From Macrostomum hystrix (lineage: Eukaryota > Animalia > Platyhelminthes): a stretch of 64,000 nucleotides of DNA. The notes under the pieces were generated by a model. That model did not search any database, was not told the origin of the DNA, and was given only the letters and a program-made list of their open reading frames with translations. Shown here in pieces: positions 1 through 12,334 of the stretch (position 1 is the first letter of the stretch; each line of letters begins with the position of its first letter). The translations under genes were made by a program, and so were the position numbers. Where the stretch lies: positions 1 through 64,000 of the forward strand of contig CATNEN010000026.1 of assembly GCA_950097015.1 (NCBI GenBank), in the 5' to 3' direction.

Positions 1-700
1 ATCCCCGCAGAGCAGACAGATGCATCACTTCAAAAGACAGTCTACGTCTACGCTCAACGACTCAAATCCAGCGTCAGCTACTGGCTCCTCGGTCACGGCG
101 TGTGCCACTCGAGATGAAATGGAATGTGTCCGATTCATGCGGCGAGCTTGTCCCACCAGCTTTACAGCGACAATGTTTGTTAGTAGTAACCCATCTGTTG
201 CCCTTCCTGTCGCCAAGGCTATTTCGCTCAGTACTGACGGTCAACGAGAACTTCTAGTCCGAGTCTTGTTTGGACACGGCTAGCAATAGGTCTACATCAG
301 GAAGGATGTGTGTGAACTCTGAAACATCGAGTCCGCCACAACTGAATCATTGACGGTGTCGACCTTTACAGGTATCAATACCACAATTGCATCAGGTAGC
401 GTCTCAGTCTCAATTCGAAAAATCGATTCACACTAAGTTCTGAAATTGCGTGCTAATTTTGTCAAAGAGATCTGCGAGCCTCAGCGCTCAGTCTTAGTGA
501 ACGAATTCCCTCACCTGAACGGCTTGGACTTAGCGGATCCGTACGACCCTCGTGATGCAAGCACCCGATCTCAATCCTAATTGGCGCTGATCACTACTAC
601 GATATGTCTGTGGTAAAGTCGTTCGTGGGTTGTGAGGGACTGGCGGCTGTGTCGTCCAATCTGGGATTCTTCTCTGTGGACCAGTGAAACTTAAAGAGAA
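1..700 (+). mobile_element. Degenerate BEL/Pao LTR-retrotransposon fragment (gag end and aspartic protease), with frameshifts and stops
   Basis: Piecing frames together gives ALPVAKA...LLVRVL-DTASNRS-YIRKDVCEL (protease D-T-A motif at 273-293), then EFPHLNGLDLADP...PISILIGADHYYDM...GLAAVSSNLG. This is the motif order of BEL/Pao proteases. Confidence 0.75.
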
Positions 701-835
701 AATGTCTAGGTCGCTCTAGTAAGATTAAAAATTCATTCGCTTATCCACTCTCTTATCCGAGTTCAACTGGTATTCGTATTAATTCATTTCGCCTTTGGTG
801 TTGGTATATTTTTCACATATCTCCATTACTACAAG

Positions 836-3800
836 TAATCTCTGCATTAATTGCATTCTCTGCATTGATCTCTGCATTAATTGCATTCTCTGCATTAATC
901 TCTGCATTAATTGCATTCTCGGCATTCATCTCTGCATTAATATCTGCATTAATTGCATTCTTTGCATTAATCTCTGCATTAATCTCTGCATTAATCTCTG
1001 CATTAATCTCTGCATTAATCTCTGCATTAATCTCTGCATTAATCTCTGCATTAATCTCTTCATTAATTGCATTCTTTGCATTAATCTCTGCATTAATTGC
1101 ATTCTTTGCATTAATCTCTGCATTGATTGCATTCTTTGCATTAATCTCTGCATTAATTGCATTCTTTGCATTAATCTCTGCATTAATCTCTTCATTAATT
1201 GCATTCTTTGCATTAATCTCTGCATTAATTCTCTTGCATTAATTGCATTCTTTGCATTAATCTCTGCACTAATTGCATTCTTTGCATTAATCTCTGCACT
1301 AATTGCATTCTTTGCATTAATCTCTGCATTAATCTCTTCATTAATTGCATTCTTTGCATTAATCTCTGCATTAATCTTTTCATTTAATTGCATTCTTTGC
1401 ATTAATCTCTGCATTAATTGCATTTCTTTGCATTAATCTCTGCATTAATTCTCTTCATTAATTGCATTCTTTGCATTAATCTCTGCATTAATCTCTTCAT
1501 TAATTGCATTCTTTTGCATTAATCTCTGCATTAATCTTTCATTAATTGCATTCTTGCATTTAATCTCTGCATTAATTGCATTCTTTGCATTAATCTCTGC
1601 ATTAATCTCTGCATTAATTGCATTCTCTGGCATTAATCTCTTCCATTAATTGCATTCTCTGCATTAATCTCTGCATTAATTGCATTCTCTGCATTAATCT
1701 CTGCATTAATCTCTGCATTAATGCATTCTCTGCATTAATCTCTGCATTAATCTCTGCATTAATTGCATTCTCTGCATTAATCTCTGCATTAATCTCTGCA
1801 TTAATTGCATTCTTTGCATTAATCTCTGCATTAATTGCATTCTTTGCATTAATCTCTGCATTAATTGCATTCTTTGCATTAATCTCTGCATTAATCTCTG
1901 CATTAATTGCATTCTTTGCATTAATCTCTGCATTAATTGCATTCTTTTGCATTAATCTCTGCATTAATTGCATTCTTTGCATTAATCTCTGCATTAATCT
2001 CTTCATTTAATTTGCATTCTTGCATTAATCTCTGCATTAATCTCTGCATTAATCTCTGCATTATCTCTGCAATTAATCCTGCATTATCTCTGCATTAATC
2101 TCTGCATTAAATATCTGCATTAATTGCCTTCTCTGCATTAATCTCTGCATTAATCTCTTCATTAATTGCATTTCCTCTGCATTAATCTCTCTGCCATTAA
2201 TCTCTGCATTATTTGCATTCTCTGCATTAATCTCTGCATTAATCTCTTCATTCATTGCATTCTGCATTAATCTCTGCATTAATCTCTGCATTAATTGCAT
2301 TCTTTGCATTAATCTCTGCATTAATTGCATTCTTGCATTAATCTCTGCATTAATCTCTGCATTAATTGCATTCTTTGCATTAATCTCTGCATTAATTGCA
2401 TTCTTTGCATTAATCTCTGCATTAATTGCATTCTTTGCATTAATATCTGCATTAATCTCTTCATTAATTGCATTCTTTGCATTAATCTCTGCATTAATCT
2501 CTGCATTAATCTCTGCATTAATCTCTGCATTAATCTCTGCATTAATCTCTGCATTAATCTCTTCATTAATTGCATTCTTTGCATTAATCTCTGCATTAAT
2601 TGCATTCTTTGCATTAATCTCTGCATTGATTGCATTCTTTGCATTAATCTCTGCATTAATTGCATTCTTTGCATTAATCTCTGCATTAATCTCTTCATTA
2701 ATTGCATTCTTTGCATTAATCTCTGCATTAATCTCTTCATTAATTGCATTCTTTGCATTAATCTCTGCACTAATTGCATTCTTTGCATTAATCTCTGCAC
2801 TAATTGCATTCTTTGCATTAATCTCTGCATTAATCTTTTCATTAATTGCATTCTTTGCATTAATCTCTGCATTAATTGCATTCTTTGCATAATCTCTGCA
2901 TTAATCTCTTCATTAATTGCATTCTTTGCATTAATCTCTGCATTAATTGCATTCTTTGCATTAATCTCTGCATTGATTGCATTCTTTGCATTAATTGCAT
3001 TAATTGCATTCTTTGCATTAATCTCTGCATTAATCTCTTCATTAATTGCATTCTTTGCATTAATCTCTGCATTAATCTCTGCATTAATTGCATTCTTTGG
3101 CATTAATCTCTGCATTAATTGCATTCTTTGCATTAATCTCTGCATAATTGCATTCTTTGCATTAATCTCTGCATTAATCTCTTCATTAATTGCCATTCTT
3201 TGCATTAATCTCTGCATTAATTGGCATTCTTTGCATTAATCTCTGCATTAATCTCTTCATTAATGCATTCTTTGCATTAATCTCTGCATTAATCTCTGCA
3301 TTAATTGCATTCTTTGCATTAATCTCTGCATTAATCTCTGCATTAATTGCATTTCTCTGCATTAATCTCTGCATTAATCTCTGCATTAATCTCTTCATTA
3401 ATTGCATTCTTTGCATTAATCTCTGCATTAATCTCTGCATTAATTGCATTCTCTGCATTAATCTCTGCATTAATCTCTGCATTAATTGCATTCTTGCATT
3501 AATCTCTGCAATTAAACTCTTCATTAATTGCATTCTCTGCATTAATCTCTGCATTAATTGATTCTTTGCATTAATCTCTGCATTAATCTCTTCATTAATT
3601 GCATTCTTTGGCATTAAGTCTCTGCATTAATCTCTGCATTAATTGCATCTCTGCATTAATCTCTGCATTAATCTCTGCAATTAATTGCATTCTTTGCATT
3701 AATCTCTGCATTAAACTCTTCATAATTGCATTCTCTGCATTAATCTCTGCATTAATCTCTGCATTAATGCATTCTTTGCATTATCTCTGCGTTAATTGCA

Positions 3801-6171
3801 ATCTTTGCATTAATCTCTGCATTAATCTCTGCATTAATCTCTGAATTGATTGCATTCTCTGCATTAATCTCTGCATTAATCTCTGCATTAATTGCATTCT
3901 TTGCATTAATCTCTGCATTAATTGCATTCTTTGCACTTATCTCTGCATTAATTGCATTCTTTGCATTAATCTCTGCATTAATTGCATTCTTTGCATTAAT
4001 CTCTGCATTAATCTCTGCATTAATTGCATTCTTTGCATTAATCTCTGCATTAATCTCTGCATTAATTGCATTCTTTCCATTAATCTCTGCATTAATTGCA
4101 TTCTTTGCATTAATCTCTGCATTAATTGCATTCTTTGCATTAATCTCTGCATTAATCTCTGCATTAATCTCTGCATTAATTGCATTCTTTGCATTAATCT
4201 CTGCATTAATCTCTTCATTAATCTCTGCATTAATGTCTGCATTAATCTCTGCATTAATCTCTGCATTAATCTCTGCATTAATCTCGGCTATTAATCTCTG
4301 CATTAATCTCTGCATTAATTGCATTAATATCTGCATTAATCTCTTCATTAATTGCATTCTCTGCATTAATCTCTGCGTTAATTGCATTCTTTGCATTAAT
4401 CTCTGCGTTAACTCTCTGCATTAATCTCTGCATTAATTGCATTCTCTGCATTAATCTCTGCATAAATCTCTGCATTAATCTCCTGCATTAATCTCTGCAT
4501 TAATCTCTGCATTAATTGCATTCTCTGCATTAATCTCTGCATTAATCTCTGCAGAGATCTCTGCATTCTCCTGCATCTCTGCATCTCTGCAGATCTCTGC
4601 ATCTCTGCATTAATCTCTGCATAATCTCTGCATTAATTGCATTCTCTGCATTAATCTCTGCATTCATCTCTGCATTAATTGCATTCCTCTGCATTAATCT
4701 CTGCATTAATCTCTGCATTAATCTCTGCATTAATCTCTGCATTAATCTCTGCATTAATCTCTGCATTAATTGCATTCTCTGCATTAATCTCTGCATTAAT
4801 CTCTGCATTAATCTCTGCATTAATATCTGCATTAATCTCTGCATATAATTGCATTCTCTGCATTAATCTCTGCATTAATCTCTGCATTAATCTCTGCATT
4901 AATCTCTGCATTAATCTCTGCATTAATCTCTGCATTAATTGCATTCTCTGCATTAATCTCTGCATTAATCTCTGCATTAATCTCTGCATTAATCTCTGCA
5001 TTAATCTCTGCATTAATCTCTGCATTAATCTCTGCATTAATCTCTGCATTAATTGCATTAATCTCTGCATTAATCCTCTTCATTAATTGCATTCTCTGCA
5101 TTAATCTCTGCCTTAATCTCTTCATTAATTGCATTCTCTGCATTAATCTCTGCATTAATCTCTGCATTAATCTCTGTATTAATTTCTGCATTAATCTCTG
5201 CATTAATCTCTGCATTAATCTCTGCATTAATCTCTGCATTAATTGCATTCTCTGCATTAATCTCTGCATTAATCTCTGCATTAATCTCTTCATTAATTGC
5301 ATTCTCGGCATTAATCTCTGCATTAATCTCTGCATTAATCTCTGCATTAATCTCTGCATTAATCTCTGCATTAATCTCTGCATTAATTGCATTCTCTGCA
5401 TTATCTCTGCATTAATCTCTGCATTAATCCTCTGCATTAATCTCTGCATAATCTCTGCATTAATCTCTGCATTAATCTCTGCATTAATCTCTGCATTAAT
5501 CTCTGCATTAATCTCTGCATTAATCTCTGCCATTAATCTCTGCATTAATTGCATTCTCTGCATTAATCTCTGCATTAATCTCTGCATTAATCTCTGCATT
5601 AATCTCTGCATTAATCTCTGCATTAATCTCTGCAATTAATCTCTGCATTAATCTCTGCATTAATTGCATTCTCTGCATTAATCTCTGCATTAATCTCTGC
5701 ATTAATCTCTGCATTAATTGCATTCTCTGCATTAATCTCTGCATTAATCTCTGCATTAATCTCTGCATTAATCTCTGCATTAATCTCTGCATTAATCTCT
5801 GCATTAATTGCATTCTCTGCATTAATCTCTGCATTAATCTCTGCATTAATCTCTGCATTAATCTCTGCATTAATCTCTGCATTAATTGCATTCTCTGCAT
5901 TAATCTCTGCATTAATCTCTGCATTAATCTCTGCATTAATCTCTACATTAATTGCATTCCTCTGCATTAATCTCTGCATTAATCTCTGCATTAATCTCTG
6001 CATTAATCTCTGCATTAATCTCTGCATTAATCTCTGCATTAATCTCTGCATTAATCTCTGCTTAATCTCTGCATTAATCTCTGCATTAATCTCTGCATTA
6101 ATCTCTGCATTAATCTCTGCATTAATCTCTGCATTAATCTCTGCATTAATCTCTGCATTAATCTCTGCATT
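836..6171. repeat. About 5.3 kb satellite built from a 12-bp unit (CTCTGCATTAAT) and an 18-bp unit (TGCATTCTYTGCATTAAT)
   Basis: Read directly. 12+18 = 30-bp composite units dominate on the left and pure 12-mers on the right. All MQRL/CINL/ISAL ORFs here are translations of the repeat. Confidence 0.97.
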
Positions 6172-6823
6172 AAAAAAAACTACAATTTATCTCTTGAAAC
6201 TGTCATCCCCTGTTTTTGAGCTACATCTCTTTTTTATAAATGCTTCTGAAGTTAAATTGCGTTTAGCGACTCGTAATTATCCCAATTAACTTTCCCAACC
6301 CCTGTCATGCCTTCTAAATGATTTCATAAAAAATGGCTTCCATTTTTGGGGGAGTGTCGTGAAATCGCGAGTTATTATTAACCAATCCTGCTCACTGTAC
6401 ACCCTTGTGGTAATCTCCTTTCTAACCCCGGTTATTTGCCAGCTCAGCTCCACTCTTTGATCTCTATTATTGATTTTCCCCCGTGTCCCTTTACACTCTG
6501 ACCCCTCCAGTCTAGCGTCTGCACCCATCATGTCTCTCCCTCTGCGCTCGTTATCGTGTGTACACCCTAGGGTTTTCATACCCTCACTAGCTTTTTTTGC
6601 CCGTTGTTTTTGGAGCAGAAATTTAAAGCAAAGCAGTAAGCAATTCACGTCTCTGTATTAACTTTATAGTGAAGGTCACCATTTATTCATTTACTGCATT
6701 AATGAAAAGTGAAGAGTTTGTTTAAGGGCGTTTTAAGTAAAAAATAAGTGAAAAGTTTGTCCAAACAGCCCCCTCTTGATTACTTCTTTAGAAACATGTC
6801 TCTTAGCCACTCCTCTATACAGT

Positions 6824-7098
6824 CAGTGGCAGATCCAGGAATTTTGTTTTGGGGCGGTCTGTCAGGGGAGCGCCATGAGAATCACAGAGGGGGTGCCAGC
6901 AGCCGAAAAAGGGCGCCAGGAGCCAAGAAAGGGCGCCAGCGGCTGAAAAACGGGAGCCAGCGGCTGAAAAAGGGGCGCCAGCGGCCGAAAAGGGGCGCCA
7001 GTGCTGCGACTGGCGCCCCTGGTGGGGGCATCTTATTCCCATGATTAAAATTTAGGGGGGCGACTGCCCCCCCGCCCCCCCCCCTAAATCTGCCTCTG
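6824..7098. mobile_element. hAT-like MITE (275 bp)
   Basis: TIRs CAGTGGCAGATCCAGG and (reverse complement) CAGAGGCAGATTTAGG match 13/16. Perfect 8-bp TSD TATACAGT at 6816-6823 and 7099-7106. Internal ~21-bp GGCGCCAGCGGC repeats. Confidence 0.85.
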
Positions 7099-7251
7099 TA
7101 TACAGTATGCATGTACACGCGTATACATAAGGAAAATAGCCATGGCATAACAATAACCATGTCAAAGAAACAAAATTAAACTGTTTTCAGAGTTCAGAGT
7201 TAGACAGGTCAAGGTCATTTCGTGACTACTTTTCTATTAATTGCTTGCGAG

Positions 7252-8240
7252 TCACCTCAAGGCCTGGGGATACACCACATTCATCGTTATTCCCCTTGGT
7301 GCGAAAATGAATAGGCCAGCTGGAGTTCCAACACGGCAGCAGGCGACATAAAGCTGCCCATGCGAGAAGCAAGGAGTCTCCCAGGTTGATGCCAGCCACC
7401 TTCAGCGACTGTCCCTGAGCCTTGTTAATAGTCATCGCAAAAGCACACTCTCACAGGGAACTGCAGTCGCTTGAACTGAAATGGCAGGTCCGTGGGGATA
7501 ATTGGAATCCGGGGAACGAACACAGACTCTCCTCTGCCAGATCCAGTCATTATCGTGGCCTCAATCACGTGTGGGAAGAGCCGCCTGACTATCAGTCTGG
7601 TGCCGTTACACAGCCTTGGCGCATTCAGGTTGCGGAGGAGCATAATTGGTGCCCCAACTTTCAGCTGCAAGTTGTGCGATGGAGTTCCAGGAGGATCTAG
7701 AGAGTTCAGAAACTCAACAGGATACTCCACAGCGGTGTCATCAGTCAACGTTGTATCAATTGACTTGTAGGTGAAAACTGCACCTGGCAACTCCTGAAGC
7801 AGTTGGTAGTTAATTTCGTTGGCGGCATCATTTCTAGGACACAGAATTGCCCTCTCTGACAGCCAGTCAACGTCAGCATATCGAACCATCAGGTTCGGGT
7901 AAACTTTTGCCTTGAGCTCCTGCACTGACTGCACAATGGTTCCGATTGTAGCGATCGATGACTGCCCATCCTCGGTGCTAATCTCCAGCAGACCATTGCC
8001 GATTCGCAATAGATTGGCAGAGAACTCATGAGCTGTTTCGTCTCCTTGAATTGTAGCTCTCATGTTTGTTCGTAGGTGCAACTTCACAACCGATGGCCAC
8101 AGGTGAGATGATTTTAGGCAAGCATTAATCTCATCAGCAGGAGTGCCACGCGGAATCACAGGCAGCGTCTGTCTAAAGTCTCCAGACAGCAGCAGAGTGA
8201 CACCACCCATCAGTTGATCGCCAGCCTCTCTCTTTCTTCT
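7252..8240 (-). pseudogene. Helitron PIF1-family helicase C-terminal fragment with two +1 frameshifts
   Basis: MGGVTLLLSGDFRQTLPVI, HNLQLKVGAPIMLLRNL, LCNGTRL, RLQFPVRVC, then (shift) FAMTINKAQGQSL, then (shift) TPCFSHGQLYVAC...NVVYPQALR*. Confidence 0.9.
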
Positions 8241-8871
8241 ATCCCAGGCTGGCTGGAGAGAAATATAGACCGGAGAGCCCTGCGCACTGGGACGCCACCG
8301 CACTCACCGCACTCAGTCTCAGTGCTGCTTGGGGGCCAGTAGACAGTCTAGGGGTTTGGGCTGTGTACATTCACGTCTTAAAATACAATGTACAGTCTGG
8401 GGCTTCGGCGCCCGGGGAAGGGAGGGGGTGGCTGTAATAAAATTTGGCCCGCAGAGTGGCGGAGGGGAGTTGGGGTGGCTGTCCTCGGAAAACAAAAAGT
8501 GACTCACTTTGAGATGATGCAGCTTTGTTCTGGATTGAGTAGAGATGTTCAAAATTGACAGCATTGTTGGAAACATGTAAAGTGTAAGTGGATCAAATTT
8601 GGAGAAAATCTGACAAAGTGGGGCGACGATATGTCGAATTGAGTGATTTTTTGACGATTTTTGAGCAGTTTTTTGCACTTTTGAGCAGGAAGGAAATGAT
8701 TTTTCGGGAATTTGAGTAGCCTATTGCACTCAGCGTAGGTGGTTTTAGGTATGTGCAAAGTTTGGTGCGATTTGGTTGAGCGGTTTCGGCGTCTATAAAG
8801 ACAAAAGGTTGCACACACAACAGACAGACACACACACACACAGACAGAGTTTTCACTTTTATATATATAGA
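7252..8871 (-). mobile_element. Internally deleted Helitron (5' terminus plus the C-terminal half of the PIF1 helicase)
   Basis: The 5' end reads A|TCTATATATATAAAAGTG...(TG)n/TCTG microsatellite at 8871 on the minus strand. Helicase motifs follow only ~630 bp later. The 3' hairpin/CTRR end was not found, so the lower bound is the helicase stop codon. Confidence 0.8.
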
Positions 8872-9773
8872 TTTGTCTCTCCTCGCTGTAGACCCCCATC
8901 TGTCGCTTGTCCTTAAATTAAATCGGTCACGGAACTCAGATCCAAGATTTATTGTGGAAAAGTTAAACGTTCTTCACTGGAATTCTTCTTCAGGAATTCT
9001 TCGCTGGAAGAGTCCGTGGTAGTTAAAAGCGGATTTTTTTTTCCTAATGTAGTGTCAGCCTGTTTGCCCTTCCATCTCCCCGTGTTATTATTATTCAGTA
9101 CTTATTTTTAGACACGTGTTTTTTTGCTAAAAGTCACCCACGCCAAGCCGGGCCGGACCAGCCGGGGGAACGGACGCCCACCACCCCGCGAGCGCTACTC
9201 CTGGGCTACAGTCCCGGCCAATCAGCGAGCGACCCGGCCTCACTACCTGTCTACCCTCGGCAAGAAGCTACCCCGGGGCTCAGAACGGCGGTCGCAAGTC
9301 TACTGTGATTTGTCGCCTTGGCTCAAGCTACAGCCAGGCATCCACCTCGCCGATCGACCTAATTTGGGGTTAAAATGACTCTATAAAAGGAAGCGTGTCC
9401 CGCAATTCGCCTCACACTGTGAGAAGCACGTGCAAACCAGTCCACTTTGTTTTGTCCCTCCCCGCCCGACCACACTCCGCTTGTTCAGTTAGGTAGCTTT
9501 CGGCGCTACGCGTCTTGAGAGTGCGCCGCTGACAAGGGTGGTCTAGATAGGCGCTTGTTGTCGAAGTCAGTACGTGCTCTCTTCGGAGACTCCGCCGTCA
9601 GACAGAAGGAGTGCCAACCGATAGGATCTGTCGGGGCAGCGCTGAAAGCAGAGACAACCGGAGCCTCTCGGGAAGAGTAGGGCGCGGATTAGGCCAGTTT
9701 AAGTAAAATTGTTATATCCATATTGTTAGACCGAACTTGCTTTTCACTGTGAGCGCGCTATAATTTATTTCCG

Positions 9774-12334
9774 TGTGAACATCCTTATTCTGTCAATGGA
9801 ACTTTTAAATCAAGTAAACGAGATTTAAATCAATTCCTGCTCTTATCTGGAATCTTAGCGAGTCACAGCAGATTAAATCACTCACAATCAATTTATTCGA
9901 GTCTTCGCGTTCATACTGTGTTATTCTTTTTCATTGGGAGTTCGCCGGGCCGGAGGAACACGCGGGTCTCATCGCTTATCTATTCCGCTTCGCTCGCTAC
10001 CGCAGTCTCTAACGCTATTTAATTCCAGATTCCCTTATGACGAAGTTTCGGTCCCAATGTATAGGCGTAGCGGTTCGGTCTATTTGAATAGCAGTAAAGG
10101 TAAATTATTATTCGGCAGTAAATTGGGTCTTCAAATAACGAGATCGCTTAACGGTGAATGCTGGCTATATGACTTAGAGATATGTTAGATGAATCAAGAT
10201 TCACTTGAAAGCAGTTACGGCTACAGTTGAAATTAGCCAGACTTAAATAATAGCCAGCACTCAGTCGTAGAACCAGAACCAGGCACGGGGAGAGAGAGAG
10301 TCTTCCTGGAAAGGCCTAATTAGAACATTTGAATACGACTATATAGTATGCTAAAACAAATTCATTATAAATATTAATTTAAAACCAAAGAAATATCTCT
10401 AACAATTATATCTAACGAAAATAATGTACATAATTCTAACTAGCATATTAAAATTACATTAAATTAGAGAGACAACGTCACACTCGCCTCCCTCTCAGAA
10501 GATTAATGGCCTACTAACAGTAGTGGCTACGAACATCGAAATGGCTTGCGAAAAAAAACGATTTGCGATTTCAAAATTGTTGCTACGTTATTAGAGTTAT
10601 TAGAATAGCTGTCTAGAAATATTTTGAAAATAAGGTTAACAATGGCAGTTTCAAGTGACACAAAAACAGGCATTAAATTTCAAAGACGAACGGCAAAAAC
10701 AGAATATCGAGTGGCAAAACTGAACGACGAATGGCAAAAATTCGAACAAAAACCAAAGGCAAAATTCAGCAAGATATTGGCAAATTGGACAACGTCATCA
10801 AACCATAGAGGAAATAAAAGGGATTGAAAATATTTTTGTTTTAGCAAATGCAATGTTTTTTTATTTTTAAACAAAACTGACAACTTGACAAACACGAGAG
10901 TCGTCTAGGACTGGCGAAAATTTCGGCGAATCGGCGGCGGAGCGAAACCCTGGACGGCCTCGACTACAGCACCAGCGGCTGCAGCCAAGCTAAGCTCCTA
11001 ACTACAGGCTACAAACAATGACTACGACAAAAGCCTACTCTATGGCCAAAACCTAATCCGAAGATTCAAGGCTCGACCGCAGAGATACTAAACTAATGAC
11101 AAAATGAAGAGGTTGGCGAAAGCTATTAAAGAAAAGCTAACAGGCACACAGAACACAGGCAGCATACGACACGACTACACCTTAGCTCTCGCTACCTCTC
11201 CTGAACATATTGACCAGCGTGGAAAGGAATCTGACCGGCGGCCTTACTTGCCGGCCGGACCTCGTAACAGTGCAAGCTGGTCTCTGTGCCTGGTCTGTCT
11301 GATCGTGTTCGTGTTCTATTTGTGGTTGTGGTTCTGGTGGCAGATTTGGTATTGCTGTTGCCTGAGGATCTGGATTTGGCTCTGCTGTGACTTCAACTAC
11401 TTCAGCACCGATGTCTGGCACCTGTTCATTATTGGCAATGTTTACTGCTTGTGGTGCTTGTTCAGGTTGCACCTCGGGTAATGAATCTAGTTTAGTGACT
11501 GGTTGAGCATTTGGCTGTTCCACTGGCAGTGTTTTGATTGGCAGTTGAACTGGCTGTGTGATTGGCTGTTCGACTGGCTGTGTGATTGGCTGTTGAACTG
11601 GCTGTGTGATTGGCTGTTGAACTGGCTGTGTGATTGGCTGTTCGACTGGCTGTGTGATTGATGACGATTGGCTTCTCGGAAAAGAGCGGCTCTTCTGACC
11701 CGCAGGTGGGACAGTGACCAAGTCTGGTTCGGAAGTCCAGTCAGAACTAAAGCTCAGCTGTCTGGAGCTGGAATCCAGATCTCCTTGTCCTAGCTTAGAT
11801 GAGCGTGGCATCCTTGCTAAAGTGTCTAATCTAAATCCATCAACCACATCCTGATAGTTTGGCTGGCGGATGCACCTCTTCATCCGGTCTACGTTATAGA
11901 TGTTGTGACTAGGATTCGGGACTCTGAACGGATTCTCTCGCGAAAACTCTGGAATCAACCTATAGTTTCTCTCAGAGACCTTCTCAATAACCTTGTACGG
12001 ACCAAACCAAACAGCTGGGTCGAGGCCTTGTGGTCGGGGTTTAGAACCCACACTAGCTCTCCAACCTCGTAGCTTGACTTATAAACCGATCTGTCATAGT
12101 AACGCTTCTGCCTAGCCTGTGCCTTCTTCCTAACAGCCCGTGCGGTGGCAGAGGTTTCGACAAGAGTTCGGTGGAGTCGGTGCGCGTAACTGTTCGGGAC
12201 AATGAAACAAATTCATTATAAATATTAATTTAAAAACCAAAGAAATATCTCTAACAATTATATCTAACGAAAATAATGTACATAATTCTAACTAGCATAT
12301 TAAAATTACATTAAATTAGAGAGACAACGTCACA
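9774..12334 (-). mobile_element. Internally deleted Ty3/Gypsy element: truncated 5' LTR, integrase C-terminus, PPT and 3' LTR
   Basis: A ~130-bp direct repeat (10350-10482 and 12205-12334) starts TGTGACG on the minus strand. A purine tract (GAGAGGGAGGCGAG) abuts the 10482 copy. Integrase tail reads AQARQKRYYDRS..YEVGELVWV..WFGPYKVIEKVSERNYRL..TRSGRQVRPP (12200-11182). The LTR end at 9774 (TGTGA...TCACA) is tentative and no TSD was confirmed. Confidence 0.75.

Noticed and set aside
795-6051. Many long ORFs (MQRLMQ, CINL, ISAL, AEIN)
   Set aside because: They are translations of the 12/18-bp satellite, open on both strands and broken by scattered indels.
6180-6820. Helitron 3' terminus (hairpin plus CTRR)
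   Set aside because: Several CTAG sites exist, but none has a convincing GC-rich hairpin at the expected distance.
11104-11481. Plus-strand ORF with a hydrophobic W/C-rich stretch (env-like?)
   Set aside because: It is antisense to the P/Q/E-rich integrase tail, which explains its composition; there is no signal peptide or fusion motif.
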